From the NCBI GenBank assembly GCA_964016885.1, contig CAXHJY010000096.1:1-64000 (forward strand): a stretch of DNA of 64,000 nucleotides, read 5' to 3'. Within the stretch, counting starts at the first letter, position 1, and the number at the start of each line of letters is the position of its first letter. Shown one piece after another: positions 23,521 through 39,050 of this stretch. The notes beneath the pieces were generated by a model. It made no database searches and was not told where the DNA came from. It saw nothing but the letters and a program-made list of their open reading frames with translations. A program made the translations under genes and the position numbers. This DNA is from Eledone cirrhosa (taxonomy: Eukaryota).

Positions 23521-26500
23521 ATAATTTGTAAAAAAAATCATGGGGAGATAATTTGTAAAAAAAAATCAGGGGTAGATAATTTGTAAAAAAAAATCAGGGG
23601 GAGATAATTTGTAAAAAAAAATCAGGGGGAGATAATTTGTAAAAAAATCAAGGGGAGATAATATCCAGCCGTCCAAGGAGAGATAATTTTTTAAAAAAAT
23701 GAGGCGGAGATAATTTGTAAAAAAAAAATGAGGGGGAGTTAATTTGTAAAAAAAAATGAGGGGGAGATAATTTGTAAAAAAAATCAAGGGGAGATAATTT
23801 CCAGCCGTCCAAGGGGAGATAATTTTCAGCCGTCCAAGGAGAGGTAATTTCTAGCCGTCCAAGGGGAGATAATTTCCAGCCGTCCAAGGGGAGGTAATTT
23901 CCAGCCGTCCAAGGGGAGATAATTTAAAAAAAAAAATCAGGCGGAGATAATTTGTAAAAAAAATCAAGGGGAGATAATTTGCAGCCGTCCAAGGGGAGAT
24001 AATTTTCAGTCGTCCAAGGAGAGGTAATTTCTAGCCGTCCAAGGGGAGATAATTTCCAGCCGTCCAAGGGGAGATAATTTCCAGCCGTCCAAGGGGAGAT
24101 AATTTTTTTTAAAAAATCAGGCGGAGATAATTTGTAAAAAAAATCAGGGGGAGATAATTTGTAAACAAAATCAGGGGGAGATAATTTGTAAAAAAAAATC
24201 AGGGGGAGATAATTTGTAAAAAAAAATCAAGGGGAGATAATTTGTTTAAAAAATCAAGGGGAGATAATTTGCAGCCGTCCAAGGGGAGATAATTTTCAGC
24301 CGTCCAAGGAGAGGTAATTTCTAGCCGTTCAAGGAGAGATAATTTTTTTTTTAAAATCAGGCGGAGTTAATTTGTAAAAAAAATTAGGGGGAGATAATTC
24401 GTAAAAAAAAATCAGGGGGAGATAATTTGTAAAAAAAAATCAGGGGGAGATAATTTGTAAAAAAAATCAAGGGGAGATAATTTCCAGCCGTCCAAGGGGA
24501 GGTAATATCTAGCCGTCCAAGGGGAGATAATTTCCAGCCGTCCAAGGGGAGATAATTTCCAGCCGTCCAAGGGGAGATAATTTCCAGCCGTCCAAGGAGA
24601 CATATTTTCCAGCCGTCCAAGGCGAGGTAATTTCTAGCCGTCCAAGGGGAGATAAATTCCAGCCTCCAAGGGGAGATAATTTCCAGCCAGCCAAGGGGAG
24701 ATAATTTGTAAAAAAATCAGGGGGAGATAATTTGTAAAAAAAATCAGGGGGAGATAATTTGTAAAAAAAAATCAGGGGGAGATAATTTGTAAAAAAATCA
24801 AGGGGAGATAATTTCCAGCCGTCCAAGGGGAGATAATTTTCAGCCGTCCAAGGAGAGGTAATTTCTAGCCGTCCGAGGAGAGATAATTTCCAGCCGTCCA
24901 AGGGTAGATAATTTCCAGCCGTCCACGGGGAGATAATTTCCAGCCGTCCAAGGAGACATATTTTCCAGCCGTCCAAGGAGAGGTAATTTCTAGCCGTCCA
25001 AGGGGAGATAAATTCCAGCCTCCAAGGGGAGATAATTTCCAGCCAGCCAAGGGGAGATAATTTGTAAAAAAATCAGGGGGAGATAATTTGTAAAAAAAAA
25101 TCAGGGGGAGATAATTTGTAAAAAAAATCAGGGGGAGATAATTTGTAAAAAAAATCAAGGGGAGATAATTTCCAGCCGTCCAAGGAGAGATAATTTTAAA
25201 AAAAAATCAGGCGCAGATAATTTGTAAAAAGAAATCAGGGGGAGATAATTTGTAAAAAAAATCAAGGGGAGATAATTTCCAGCCGTCCAAGGGGAGATAA
25301 TTTTCAGCCGTCCAAGGAGAGGTAATTTCTAGCCGTCCAAGGAGAGATAATTTCCAGCCGTCCAAGGGGAGATAATTTCCAGCCGTCCAAGGGGAGATAA
25401 TTTCCAGCCGTCCAAGGAGACATATTTTCCAGCCGTCCAAGGAGAGGTAATTCCTAGCCGTCCAAGGGGAGATAAATTCCAGCCTCCAAGGGGAGATAAT
25501 TTCCAGCCAGCCAAGGGGAGATAATTTGTAAAAAAAATCAGGGGGAGATAATTTGTAAAAAAAATCAGGGGGAGATAATTTGTAAAAAATAATCAGGGGG
25601 AGATAATTTGTAAAAAATAATCAGGGGGAGATAATTTGTAAAAAAAATCAAGGGGAGATAATTTCCAGCCGTCCAAGGGGAGATAATTTTCAGCCGTCCA
25701 AGGGGAGATAATTTCCCGCCAGCCAAGGGAAGATAATATTTAAAAAAATTAGGCGGAGATAATTTGTAAAAAAAATCAGGGGGAGATAATTTGTAAAAAA
25801 ATCAGGGGGAGATAATTTGTAAAAAAAATCAGGGGGAGATAATTTGTAAAAAAAATCAGGGGGAGATAATTTGTAAAAAAAATCAGGGGTAGATAATTTG
25901 TAAAAAAAATCAGGGGGAGATAATTTGTAAAAAAAATCAAGGGGAGATAATTTCCAGCCGTCGAAGGGAAGATAATTTCCAGCCCTCCAAGGGGCTATAA
26001 TTTCCAGCGTCCAAGGGGAGATAATTTCCAGCCAGCGAAGGGGAGATAATTTTTTTTAAAAAATCATTGGGAGATTTGTAAAAAAATCAGGGGGAGATAA
26101 TTTGTAAAAAAAATCAAGGAGAGATAATTTCCAGCCGTCCAAGGGGAGGTAATATCTAGCCGTCCAAGGGGAGATAATTTCCAGCCGTCCAAGGGGAGAT
26201 AATTTCCAGCCGTCCAAGGGTAGATAATATCCAGCCGTCCAAGGACATATTTTCCAGCCGTCCAAGGAGAGGTAATTTCTAGCCGTCCAAGGGGAGATAA
26301 ATTCCAGCCTCCAAGGGGAGATAATTTCCAGCCAGCCAAGGGGAGATAATTTGTAAAAAAATCAGGGGGAGATAATTTGTAAAAAAAAATCAGGGGGAGA
26401 TAATTTGTAAAAAAAATCAGGGGGAGATAATTTGTAAAAAAAAATCAGGGGGAGATAATTTGTAAAAAAAATCAGGGGGAGATAATTTGTAAAAAAAAAT

Positions 26501-29500
26501 CAGGGGTAGATAATTTGTAAAAAAAAATCAGGGGGAGATAATTTGTAAAAAAAAATCAGGGGGAGATAATTTGTAAAAAAAATCAAGGGGAGATAATTTC
26601 CAGCCGTCCAAGGAGAGATAATTTTTTAAAAAATCAGGCGGAGATAATTTGTAAAAAAAAATCAGGGGGAGATAATTTGTAAAAAAAAATCAGGGGGAGA
26701 TAATTTGTAAAAAAAATCAAGGGGAGATAATTTCCAGCCGTCCAAGGGGAGATAATTTTCAGCCGTCCAAGGGGAGATAATTTCCCGCCAGCCAAGGGAA
26801 GATAATATTTAAAAAAATCAGGCGGAGATAATTTATAAAAAAAATCAGGGGGAGATAATTTGTAAAAAAATCAGGGGGAGATAATTTGTAAAAAAAAAAT
26901 CAGGGGGAGATAATTTGTAAAAAAAATCAGGGGGAGATAATTTGTAAAAAAAAATCAGGGGTAGATAATTTGTAAAAAAAAATCAGGGGGAGATAATTTG
27001 TAAAGAAAATCAGGGGGAGATAATTTGTAAAAAAAAATCAGGGGTAGATAATTTGTAAAAAAAAATCAGGGGGAGATAATTTGTAAAAAAAATCAAGGGG
27101 AGATAATTTCCAGCCGTCCAAGGGAAGATAATTTCCAGCCCTCCAAGGGGCTATAATTTCCAGCGTCCAAGGGGAGATAATTTCCAGCCAGCGAAGGGGA
27201 GATAATTTTTTTTAAAAAATCATTGGGAGATTTGTAAAAAAAATCAGGGGGAGATAATTTGTAAAAAAAATCAAGGGGAGATAATTTCCAGCCGTCCAAG
27301 GGGAGGTAATATCTAGCCGTCCAAGGGGAGATAATTTCCAGCCGTCCAAGGGGAGATAATTTCCAGCCGTCCAAGGGTAGATAATATCCAGCCGTCCAAG
27401 GACATATTTTCCAGCCGTCCAAGGAGAGGTAATTTCTAGCCGTCCAAGGGGAGATAAATTCCAGCCTCCAAGGGGAGATAATTTCCAGCCAGCCAAGGGG
27501 AGATAATTTGTAAAAAAATCAGGGGGAGATAATTTGTAAAAAAAATCAGGGGGAGATAATTTGTAAAAAAAAATCAGGGGGAGATAATTTGTAAAAAAAA
27601 ATCAGGGGGAGATAATTTGTAAAAAAAATCAAGGGGAGATAATTTCCAGCCGTCCAAGGGGAGATAATTTTCAGCCGTCCAAGGGGAGATAATTTCCCGC
27701 CAGCCAAGGGAAGATAATATTTAAAAAAATCAGGCGGAGATAATTTGTAAAAAAAATCAGGGGGAGATAATTTGTAAAAAATTCAGGGGGAGATAATTTG
27801 TAAAAAAAAAATCAGGGGGAGATAATTTGTAAAAAAAATCAGGGGGAGATAATTTGTAAAAAAAAATCAGGGGTAGATAATTTGTAAAAAAAATCAGGGG
27901 GAGATAATTTGTAAAAAAAATGAAAGGGGAGATAATATCCAGCCGTCCAAGGGGAGATAATTTCCAGCCGTCCAAGGGGAGATAATTTCCAGCCGTCCAA
28001 GGGGAGATAATTTCCATCCTTCCAAGGGGATATAATTTCCAGCCGTCCAAGGGGAGATAATTTCCCGCCAGCCAAGGGAAGATAATTTTTTAAAAAATCA
28101 GGCGGAGATTGTAAAAAAAATCAGGGGGGAGATAATTTGTAAAAAAAAATCAGGGGGAGATAATTTGTAAAAAAAAATCAGGGGGAGATAATTTGTAAAA
28201 AAAATGAAAGGGGAGATAATATCCAGCCGTCCAAGGGGAGATAATTTCCAGCCGTCCAAGGGGAGATAATTTCCAGCCGTCCAAGGGGAGATAATTTCCA
28301 TCCTTCCAAGGGGATATAATTTCCAGCCGTCCAAGGGGAGATAATTTCCATCCTTCCAAGGGGATATAATTTCCAGCCGTCCAAGGGGAGATAATTTTCA
28401 GCCGTCCAAGGAGAGGTAATTTCTAGCCGTCCAAGGAGAGATAATTTCCAGCCGTCCAAGGGGAGATAATTTCCAGCCGTCCAAGGGGAGATAATTTCCA
28501 GCCGTCCAAGGAGACATATTTTCCAGCCGTCCAAGGAGAGGTAATTCCTAGCCGTCCAAGGGGAGATAAATTCCAGCCAGCCAAGGGGAGATAATTTGTA
28601 AAAAAAATCAGGGGTAGATAATCTGTAAAAAATAATCAGGGGGAGATAATTTGTAAAAAAAATCAAGGGGAGATAATTTCCAGCCGTCCAAGGGGAGATA
28701 ATTTTCAGCCGTCCAAGGGGAGATAATTTCCCGCCAGCCAAGGGAAGATAATATTTAAAAAAATTAGGCGGAGATAATTTGTAAAAAAAATCAGGGGGAG
28801 ATAATTTGTAAAAAAATCAGGGGGAGATAATTTGTAAAAAAAATCAGGGGGAGATAATTTGTAAAAAAAATCAGGGGGAGATAATTTGTAAAAAAAAATC
28901 AGGGGTAGATAATTTGTAAAAAAAAATCATGGGGAGATAATTTGTAAAAAAAATCAAGGGGAGATAATTTCCAGCCGTCCAAGGGAAGATAATTTCCAGC
29001 CCTCCAAGGGGCTATAATTTCCAGCGTCCAAGGGGAGATAATTTCCAGCCAGCGAAGGGGAGATAATTTTTTTTAAAAAATCATTGGGAGATTTGTAAAA
29101 AAAATCAGGGGGAGATAATTTGTAAAAAAATCAAGGGGTGATAATTTCCAGCCGTCCAAGGGGAGGTAATATCTAGCCGTCCAAGGGGAGATAATTTCCA
29201 GCCGTCCAAGGGGAGATAATTTCCAGCCGTCCAAGGGTAGATAATATCCAGCCGTCCAAGGACATATTTTCCAGCCGTCCAAGGAGAGGTAATTTCTAGC
29301 CGTCCAAGGGGAGATAAATTCCAGCCTCCAAGGGGAGATAATTTGCAGCCAGCCAAGGGGAGATAATTTGTAAAAAAATTAGGGGGAGATAATTTGTAAA
29401 AAAAATCAGGGGGAGATAATTTGTAAAAAAAAATCAGGGGGAGATAATTTGTAAAAAAAATCAGGGGGAGATAATTTGTAAAAAAAATCAGGGGGAGATA

Positions 29501-30559
29501 ATTTGTAAAAAAAATCAAGGGGAGATAATTTCCAGCCGTCCAAGGGGAGATAATTTTCAGCCGTCCAAGAGGAGATAATTTCCCGCCAGCCAAGGGAAGA
29601 TAATTTTTAAAAAAATCAGGCGGAGATTGTAAAAAAAATCAGGGGGAGATAATTTGTAAAAAAATCAGGGGGAGATAATTTGTAAAAAAAAATCAGGGGG
29701 AGATAATTTGTAAAAAAAAATCAGGGGGAGATAATTTGTAAAAAAAAATCAGGGGGAGATAATTTGTAAAAAAAATCAGGGGGAGATAATTTGTAAAAAA
29801 AATCAGGGGGAGATAATTTGTAAAAAAAAAATCAGGGGGAGATAATTTGTAAAAAAAATCAAGGGGAGATAATTTGTTAAAAAAAATCAGGGGTAGATAA
29901 TTTGTAAAAAAAAATCAGGGGGAGATAATTTGTAAAAAAAAATCAGGGGGAGATAATTTGTAAAATAAATGAAAGGGGAGATAATTTCCAGCCGTCCAAG
30001 GGAAGATAATTTCCCGCCAGCCAAGGAAAGATAATATTTAAAAAAATTAGGCGGAGATAATTTGTAAAAAAAATCAGGGGGAGATAATTTGTAAAAAAAT
30101 CAGGGGGAGATAATTTGTAAAAAAAATCAGGGGAAGATAATTTGTAAAAAAAATCATGGGGAGATAATTTGTAAAAAAAAATCAGGGGTAGATAATTTGT
30201 AAAAAAAAATCAGGGGGAGATAATTTGTAAAAAAAAATCAGGGGGAGATAATTTGTAAAAAAAATCAAGGGGAGATAATATCCAGCCGTCCAAGGAGAGA
30301 TAATTTTTAAAAAAAATGAGGCGGAGATAATTTGTAAAAAAAAATCAGGGGGAGATAATTTGTAAAAAAAATCAAGGGGAGATAATTTCCAGCCGTCCAA
30401 GGGGAGATAATTTTCAGCCGTCCAAGGAGAGGTAATTTCTAGCCGTCCAAGGGGAGATAATTTCCAGCCGTCCAAGGGGAGGTAATTTCCAGCCGTCCAA
30501 GGGGAGATAATTTTTAAAAAAAAATCAGGCGGAGATAATTTGTAAAAAAAAATCAAGGG

Positions 30560-32150
30560 GAGATAATTTGCAGCCGTCCAAGGGGAGATAATTTTCAGTC
30601 GTCCAAGGAGAGGTAATTTCTAGCCGTCCAAGGGGAGATAATTTCCAGCCGTCCAAGGGGAGATAATTTCCAGCCGTCCAAGGGGAGATAATTTTTTTTT
30701 AAAAATCAGGGGGAGATAATTTGTAAAAAAAATCAGGGGGAGATAATTTTTAAAAAAAAATCAGGGGGAGATAATTTGTAAAAAAAATTAGGCGTAGATA
30801 ATTTGTAAAAAATAATCAGGGGGACATAATTTGTAAAAAAAAATCAGGGGGAGATAATTTGTTTAAAAAATCAAGGGGAGATAATTTGCAGCCGTCCAAG
30901 GGGAGATAATTTTCAGCCGTCCAAGGAGAGGTAATTTCTAGCCGTTCAAGGGGAGATAATTTCCAGCCGTCCAAGGGGAGATAATTTTCAGTCGTCCAAG
31001 GAGAGGTAATTTCTAGCCGTCCAAGGGGAGATAATTTCCAGCCGTCCAAGGGGAGATAATTTCCAGCCGTCCAAGGGGAGATAATTTTTTTTTAAAAAAT
31101 CAGGGGGAGATAATTTGTAAAAAAAATCAGGGGGAGATAATTTGTAAAAAAAAATCAGGGGGAGATAATTTGTAAAAAAAATTAGGCGTAGATAATTTGT
31201 AAAAAAAAATCAGGGGGACATAATTTGTAAAAAAAAATCAGGGGGAGATAATTTGTTTAAAAAATCAAGGGGAGATAATTTTCAGCCGTCCAAGGAGAGG
31301 TAATTTCTAGCCGTTCAAGGGGAGATAATTTCCAGCCGTCCAAGGGGAGATAATTTTCAGTCGTCCAAGGAGAGGTAATTTCTAGCCGTCCAAGGGGAGA
31401 TAATTTCCAGCCGTCCAAGGGGAGATAATTTCCAGCCGTCCAAGGGGAGATAATTTTTTTTAAAAAAATCAGGGGGAGATAATTTGTAAAAAAAATGAGG
31501 GGGAGATAATTTGTAAAAAAAAATCAGGGGGAGATAATTTGTAAAAAAAATTAGGCGTAGATAATTTGTAAAAAAAAATCAGGGGGACATAATTTGTAAA
31601 AAAAAATCAGGGGGAGATAATTTGTTTAAAAAATCAAGGGGAGATAATTTGCAGCCGTCCAAGGGGAGATAATTTTCAGCCGTCCAAGGAGAGGTAATTT
31701 CTAGCCGTTCAAGGGGAGATAATTTCCAGCCGTCCAAGGGGAGATAATTTCTAGCCGTCCAAGGGGAGATAATTTCCAGCCGTCCAAGGGGAGATAATTT
31801 CCAGCCGTCCAAGGGGAGATAATTTTTTTTTAAAAAATCAGCGGGAGATAATTTGTAAAAAAAATCAGGGGGAGATAATTTGTAAAAAAAAATCAGGGGG
31901 AGATAATTTGTAAAAAAAATTAGGCGTAGATAATTTGTAAAAAAAAATCAGGGGGACATAATTTGTAAAAAAAAATCAGGGGGAGATAATTTGTTTAAAA
32001 AATCAAGGGGAGATAATTTGCAGCCGTCCAAGGGGAGATAATTTTCAGCCGTCCAAGGAGAGGTAATTTCTAGCCGTTCAAGGGGAGATAATTTCCAGCC
32101 GTCCAAGGGGAGATAATTTCCAGCCGTCCAAGGGGAGATAATTTTTTTAA
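30560..32150 (+). repeat. Short higher-order repeat, about 4 copies of a 369-394 bp unit
   Basis: Marker GACATAAT following a TTAGGCGTAG monomer at 30823, 31217, 31586 and 31955 (spacings 394, 369, 369). Confidence 0.9.
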
Positions 32151-35100
32151 AGAAATCAGGCGGAGATAATTTGTAAAAAAAAATCAGGGGGAGATAATTC
32201 GTAAAAAAAAATCAGGGGGAGATAATTTGTAAAAAAAAATCAGGGGGAGATAATTTGTAAAAAAAATCAAGGGGAGATAATTTCCAGCCGTCCAAGGGGA
32301 GGTAATATCTAGCCGTCCAAGGGGAGATAATTTCCAGCCGTCCAAGGGGAGATAATTTCCAGCCGTCCAAGGGGAGATAATTTCCAGCCGTCCAAGGATA
32401 CATATTTTCCAGCCGTCCAAGGCGAGGTAATTTCTAGCCGTCCAAGGGGAGATAAATTCCAGCCTCCAAGGGGAGATAATTTCCAGCCAGCCAAGGGGAG
32501 ATAATTTGTAAAAAAACCAGGGGGAGATAATTTGTAAAAAATATCAGGGAGATAATTTGTAAAAAAAAATCAGGGGGAGATAATTTGTAAAAAAAATCAG
32601 GGGGAGATAATTTGTAAAAAAAAATCAGGGGGACATAATTTGTAAAAAAAATCAAGGGGAGATAATTTCCAGCCGTCCAAGGGGAGATAATTTTCAGCCG
32701 TCCAAGGAGAGGTAATTTCTAGCCGTCCGAGGAGAGAAAATTTCCAGCCGTCCAAGGGGAGATAATTTCCAGCCGTCCAAGGGGAGATAATTTCCAGCCG
32801 TCCAAGGAGACATATTTTCCAGCCGTCCAAGGAGAGGTAATTTCTAGCCGTCCAAGGGGAGATAAATTCCAGCCTCCAAGGGGAGATAATTTCCAGCCAG
32901 CCAAGGGGAGATAATTTGTAAAAAAATCAGGGGGAGATAATTTGCAAAAAAAATCAGGGGGAGATAATTTGTAAAAAAAAATCAGGGGGAGATAATTTGT
33001 AAAAAATAATCATGGGGAGATAATTTCCAGCCGTCCAAGGGGAGATAATTTTCAGCCGTCCAAGGGGAGATAATTTCCCGCCAGCCAAGGGAAGATAATA
33101 TTTAAAAAAATTAGGCGGAGATAATTTGTAAAAAAATCAGGGGGAGATAATTTGTAAAAAAAATCAGGGGGAGATAATTTGTAAAAAAATATCAGGGGTA
33201 GATAATTTGTAAAAAAAATCAGGGGGAGATAATTTGTAAAAAAAAATCAGGGGGAGATAATTTGTAAAAGAAATCAAGGGGAGATAATTTCCAGCCGTCC
33301 AAGGAGAGATAATTTAAAAAAAAAATCAGGCGGAGATAATTTGTAAAAAAAAATCAGGGGGAGATAATTTGTAAAAAAAAATCAGGGGGAGATAATTTGT
33401 AAAAAAAAATCAAGGGGAGATAATTTCCAGTCGTCCAAGGGGAGATAATTTTCAGCCGTCCAAGGGGAGATAATTTCCCGCCAGCCAAGGGAAGATAATA
33501 TTTAAAAAAATCAGGCGGAGATAATTTGGAAAAAAATCAGGGGGAGATAATTTGTAAAAAAAAAATCAGGGGGAGATAATTTGTAAAAAAAATCAGGGGG
33601 AGATAATTTGTAAGAAAAAATCAGGGGTAGATAATTTGTAAAAAAAAATCAGGGGCAGATAATTTGTAAAAAAAAATCAGGGGGAGATAATTTGTAAAAA
33701 AAATGAAAGGGGAGATAATATCCAGCCGTCCAAGGGGAGATAATTTCCAGCCGTCCAAGGGGAGATAATTTCCAGCCGTCCAAGGGGAGATAATTTCCAT
33801 CCTTCCAAGGGGATATAATTTCCAGCCGTTCAAGGGAAGATAATTTCCCGCCAGCCAAGGGAAGATAATTTTTAAAAAAATCAGGCGGAGATTGTAAAAA
33901 AAATCAGGGGGGAGATAATTTGTAAAAAAATCAGGGGGAGATAATTTGTAAAAAAAAATCAGGGGGAGATAATTTGTAAAAAATAATCAGGGGGAGATAA
34001 TTTGTAAAAAAAAATCAAGGGGAGATAATTTCCAGCCGTCCAAGGGGAGATAATTTCCCGCCAGCCAAGGGAAGATAATATTTTAAAAAATTAGGCGGAG
34101 ATAATTTGTAAAAAAATCAGGGGGAGATAATTTGTAAAAAAATCAGGGGGAGATAATTTGTAAAAAAAATCAGGGGGAGATAATTTCCAGCCGTCCAAGG
34201 GGAGATAATTTTCAGCCGTCCAAGGGGAGATAATTTCCCGCCAGCCAAGGGAAGATAATATTTAAAAAAATTAGGCGGAGATAATTTGTAAAAAAAATCA
34301 GGGGGAGATAATTTGTAAAAAAAATCAGGGGGAGATAATTTGTAAAAAAAATCAGGGGTAGATAATTTGTAAAAAAAAATCAGGGGGAGATAATTTGTAA
34401 AAAAAAATCAGGGGGAGATAATTTGTAAAAAAAATCAAGGGGAGATAATTTCCAGCCGTCCAAGGAGAGATAATTTAAAAAAAAATCAGGCGGAGATAAT
34501 TTGTAAAAAAAAATCAGGGGGAGATAATTTGTAAAAAAAAATCAGGGGGAGATAATTTGTAAAAAAAATCAAGGGGAGATAATTTCCAGCCGTCCAAGGG
34601 GAGATAATTTTCAGCCGTCCAAGGGGAGATAATTTCCCGCCAGCCAAGGGAAGATAATATTTAAAAAAATCAGGCGGAGATAATTTATAAAAAAAATCAG
34701 GGGGAGATAATTTGTAAAAAAATCAGGGGGAGATAATTTGTAAAAAAAAATCAGGGGGAGATAATTTGTAAAAAAAAATCAGGGGGAGATAATTTGTAAA
34801 AAAAATGCAAGGGGAGATAATATCCAGCCGTCCAAGGGGAGATAATTTCCAGCCGTCCAAGGGGAGATAATTTCCAGCCGTCCAAGGGGAGATAATTTCC
34901 ATCCTTCCAAGGGGATATAATTTCCAGCCGTCCAAGGGGAGATAATTTCCATCCTTCCAAGGGGATATAATTTCCAGCCGTCCAAGGGGAGATAATTTTC
35001 AGCCGTCCAAGGAGAGGTAATTTCTAGCCGTCCAAGGAGAGATAATTTCCAGCCGTCCAAGGGGAGATAATTTCCAGCCGTCCAAGGGGAGATAATTTCC

Positions 35101-37961
35101 AGCCGTCCAAGGAGACATATTTTCCAGCCGTCCAAGGAGAGGTAATTCCTAGCCGTCCAAGGGGAGATAAATTCCAGCCTCCAAGGGGAGATAATTTCCA
35201 GCCAGCCAAGGGGAGATAATTTGTAAAAAAAATCAGGGGGAGATAATTTGTAAAAAAAATCAGGGGGAGATAATTTGTAAAAAAAAATCAGGGGGAGATA
35301 ATTTGTAAAAAATAATCAGGGGGAGATAATTTGTAAAAAAAATCAAGGGGAGATAATTTCCAGCCGTCCAAGGGGAGATAATTTTCAGCCGTCCAAGGGG
35401 AGATAATTTCCCGCCAGCCAAGGGAAGATAATATTTAAAAAAATTAGGCGGAGATAATTTGTAAAAAAAATCAGGGGGAGATAATTTGTAAAAAAATCAG
35501 GGGGAGATAATTTGTAAAAAAAATCAGGGGGAGATAATTTGTAAAAAAAATCAGGGGGGAGATAATTTGTAAAAAAAAATCAGGGGTAGATAATTTGTAA
35601 AAAAAAATCAGGGGGAGATAATTTGTAAAAAAAATTAAGGGGAGATAATTTCCAGCCGTCGAAGGGAAGATAATTTCCAGCCCTCCAAGGGGCTATAATT
35701 TCCAGCGTCCAAGGGGAGATAATTTCCAGCCAGCGAAGGGGAGATAATTTTTTTTAAAAAATCATTGGGAGATTTGTAAAAAAATCAGGGGGAGATAATT
35801 TGTAAAAAAAATCAAGGAGAGATAATTTCCAGCCGTCCAAGGGGAGGTAATATCTAGCCGTCCAAGGGGAGATAATTTCCAGCCGTCCAAGGGGAGATAA
35901 TTTCCAGCCGTCCAAGGGTAGATAATATCCAGCCGTCCAAGGACATATTTTCCAGCCGTCCAAGGAGAGGTAATTTCTAGCCGTCCAAGGGGAGATAAAT
36001 TCCAGCCTCCAAGGGGAGATAATTTCCAGCCAGCCAAGGGGAGATAATTTGTAAAAAAATCAGGGGGAGATAATTTGTAAAAAAAAATCAGGGGGAGATA
36101 ATTTGTAAAAAAAAATCAGGGGGAGATAATTTGTAAAAAAAAATCAGGGGGAGATAATTTGTAAAAAAAATCAGGGGGAGATAATTTGTAAAAAAAATCA
36201 GGGGTAGATAATTTGTAAAAAAAAATCAGGGGGAGATAATTTGTAAAAAAAAATCAGGGGGAGATAATTTGTAAAAAAAATCAAGGGGAGATAATTTCCA
36301 GCCGTCCAAGGAGAGATAATTTAAAAAAAAATCAGGCGGAGATAATTTGTAAAAAAAAATCAGGGGGAGATAATTTGTAAAAAAAAATCAGGGGGAGATA
36401 ATTTGTAAAAAAAATCAAGGGGAGATAATTTCCAGCCGTCCAAGGGGAGATAATTTTCAGCCGTCCAAGGGGAGATAATTTCCCGCCAGCCAAGGGAAGA
36501 TAATATTTAAAAAAATCAGGCGGAGATAATTTATAAAAAAAATCAGGGGGAGATAATTTGTAAAAAAATCAGGGGGAGATAATTTGTAAAAAAAAAATCA
36601 GGGGGAGATAATTTGTAAAAAAAATCAGGGGGAGATAATTTGTAAAAAAAAATCAGGGGTAGATAATTTGTAAAAAAAAATCAGGGGGAGATAATTTGTA
36701 AAAAAAATCAGGGGGAGATAATTTGTAAAAAAAAATCAGGGGTAGATAATTTGTAAAAAAAAATCAGGGGGAGATAATTTGTAAAAAAAATCAAGGGGAG
36801 ATAATTTCCAGCCGTCCAAGGGAAGATAATTTCCAGCCCTCCAAGGGGCTATAATTTCCAGCGTCCAAGGGGAGATAATTTCCAGCCAGCGAAGGGGAGA
36901 TAATTTTTTTTAAAATATCATTGGGAGATTTGTAAAAAAAATCAGGGGGAGATAATTTGTAAAAAAAATCAAGGGGAGATAATTTCCAGCCGTCCAAGGG
37001 GAGGTAATATCTAGCCGTCCAAGGGGAGATAATTTCCAGCCGTCCAAGGGGAGATAATTTCCAGCCGTCCAAGGGTAGATAATATCCAGCCGTCCAAGGA
37101 CATATTTTCCAGCCGTCCAAGGAGAGGTAATTTCTAGCCGTCCAAGGGGAGATAAATTCCAGCCTCCAAGGGGAGATAATTTCCAGCCAGCCAAGGGGAG
37201 ATAATTTGTAAAAAAATCAGGGGGAGATAATTTGTAAAAAAAATCAGGGGGAGATAATTTGTAAAAAAAAATCAGGGGGAGATAATTTGTAAAAAAAAAT
37301 CAGGGGGAGATAATTTGTAAAAAAAAATCAGGGGGAGATAATTTGTAAAAAAAATCAAGGGGAGATAATTTCCAGCCGTCCAAGGGGAGATAATTTTCAG
37401 CCGTCCAAGGGGAGATAATTTCCCGCCAGCCAAGGGAAGATAATATTTAAAAAAATCAGGCGGAGATAATTTGTAAAAAAAATCAGGGGGAGATAATTTG
37501 TAAAAAATTCAGGGGGAGATAATTTGTAAAAAAAAAATCAGGGGGAGATAATTTGTAAAAAAAATCAGGGGGAGATAATTTGTAAAAAAAAATCAGGGGT
37601 AGATAATTTGTAAAAAAAATCAGGGGGAGATAATTTGTAAAAAAAATGAAAGGGGAGATAATATCCAGCCGTCCAAGGGGAGATAATTTCCAGCCGTCCA
37701 AGGGGAGATAATTTCCAGCCGTCCAAGGGGAGATAATTTCCATCCTTCCAAGGGGATATAATTTCCAGCCGTCCAAGGGGAGATAATTTCCCGCCAGCCA
37801 AGGGAAGATAATTTTTTAAAAAATCAGGCGGAGATTGTAAAAAAAATCAGGGGGGAGATAATTTGTAAAAAAATCAGGGGGAGATAATTTGTAAAAAAAA
37901 ATCAGGGGGAGATAATTTGTAAAAAATAATCAGGGGGAGATAATTTGTAAAAAAAAATCAA

Positions 37962-39050
37962 GGGGAGATAATTTCCAGCCGTCCAAGGGGAGATAATTTC
38001 CATCCTTCCAAGGGGATATAATTTCCAGCCGTCCAAGGGGAGATAACTTCCCGCCAGCCAAGGGAAGATAATATTTAAAAAAATTAGGCGGAGATAATTT
38101 GTAAAAAAATCAGGGGGAGATAATTTGTAAAAAAAATCAGGGGGAGATAATTTGTAAAAAAATATCAGGGGTAGATAATTTGTAAAAAAAATCAGGGGGA
38201 GATTATTTGTAAAAAAAAATCAGGGGGAGATAATTTGTAAAAGAAATCAAGGGGAGATAATTTCCAGCCGTCCAAGGAGAGATAATTTAAAAAAAAAATC
38301 AGGCGGAGATAATTTGTAAAAAAAAATCAGGGGGAGATAATTTGTAAAAAAAAATCAGGGGGAGATAATTTGTAAAAAAAAATCAAGGGGAGATAATTTT
38401 CAGCCGTCCAAGGGGAGATAATTTCCCGCCAGCCAAGGGAAGATAATATTTAAAAAAATTAGGCGGAGATAATTTGTAAAAAAATCAGGGGGAGATAATT
38501 TGTAAAAAAAATCAGGGGGAGATAATTTGTAAAAAAATATCAGGGGTAGATAATTTGTAAAAAAAATCAGGGGGAGATAATTTCCAGCCGTCCAAGGGGA
38601 GATAATTTCCATCCTTCCAAGGGGATATAATTTCCAGCCGTCCAAGGGGAGATAATTTCCCGCCAGCCAAGGGAAGATAATATTTAAAAAAATTAGGCGG
38701 AGATAATTTGTAAAAAAATCAGGGGGAGATAATTTGTAAAAAAAATCAGGGGGAGATAATTTGTAAAAAAATATCAGGGGTAGATAATTTGTAAAAAAAA
38801 TCAGGGGGAGATTATTTGTAAAAAAAAATCAGGGGGAGATAATTTGTAAAAGAAATCAAGGGGAGATAATTTCCAGCCGTCCAAGGAGAGATAATTTAAA
38901 AAAAAAATCAGGCGGAGATAATTTGTAAAAAAAAATCAGGGGGAGATAATTTGTAAAAAAAAATCAGGGGGAGATAATTTGTAAAAAAAAATCAAGGGGA
39001 GATAATTTTCAGCCGTCCAAGGGGAGATAATTTCCCGCCAGCCAAGGGAA
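37962..39050 (+). repeat. Tandem duplication, period 609 bp
   Basis: Rare variant GATTATTTGT at 38201/38810. Copy 2 starts at 38571 (37962+609). Confidence 0.9.
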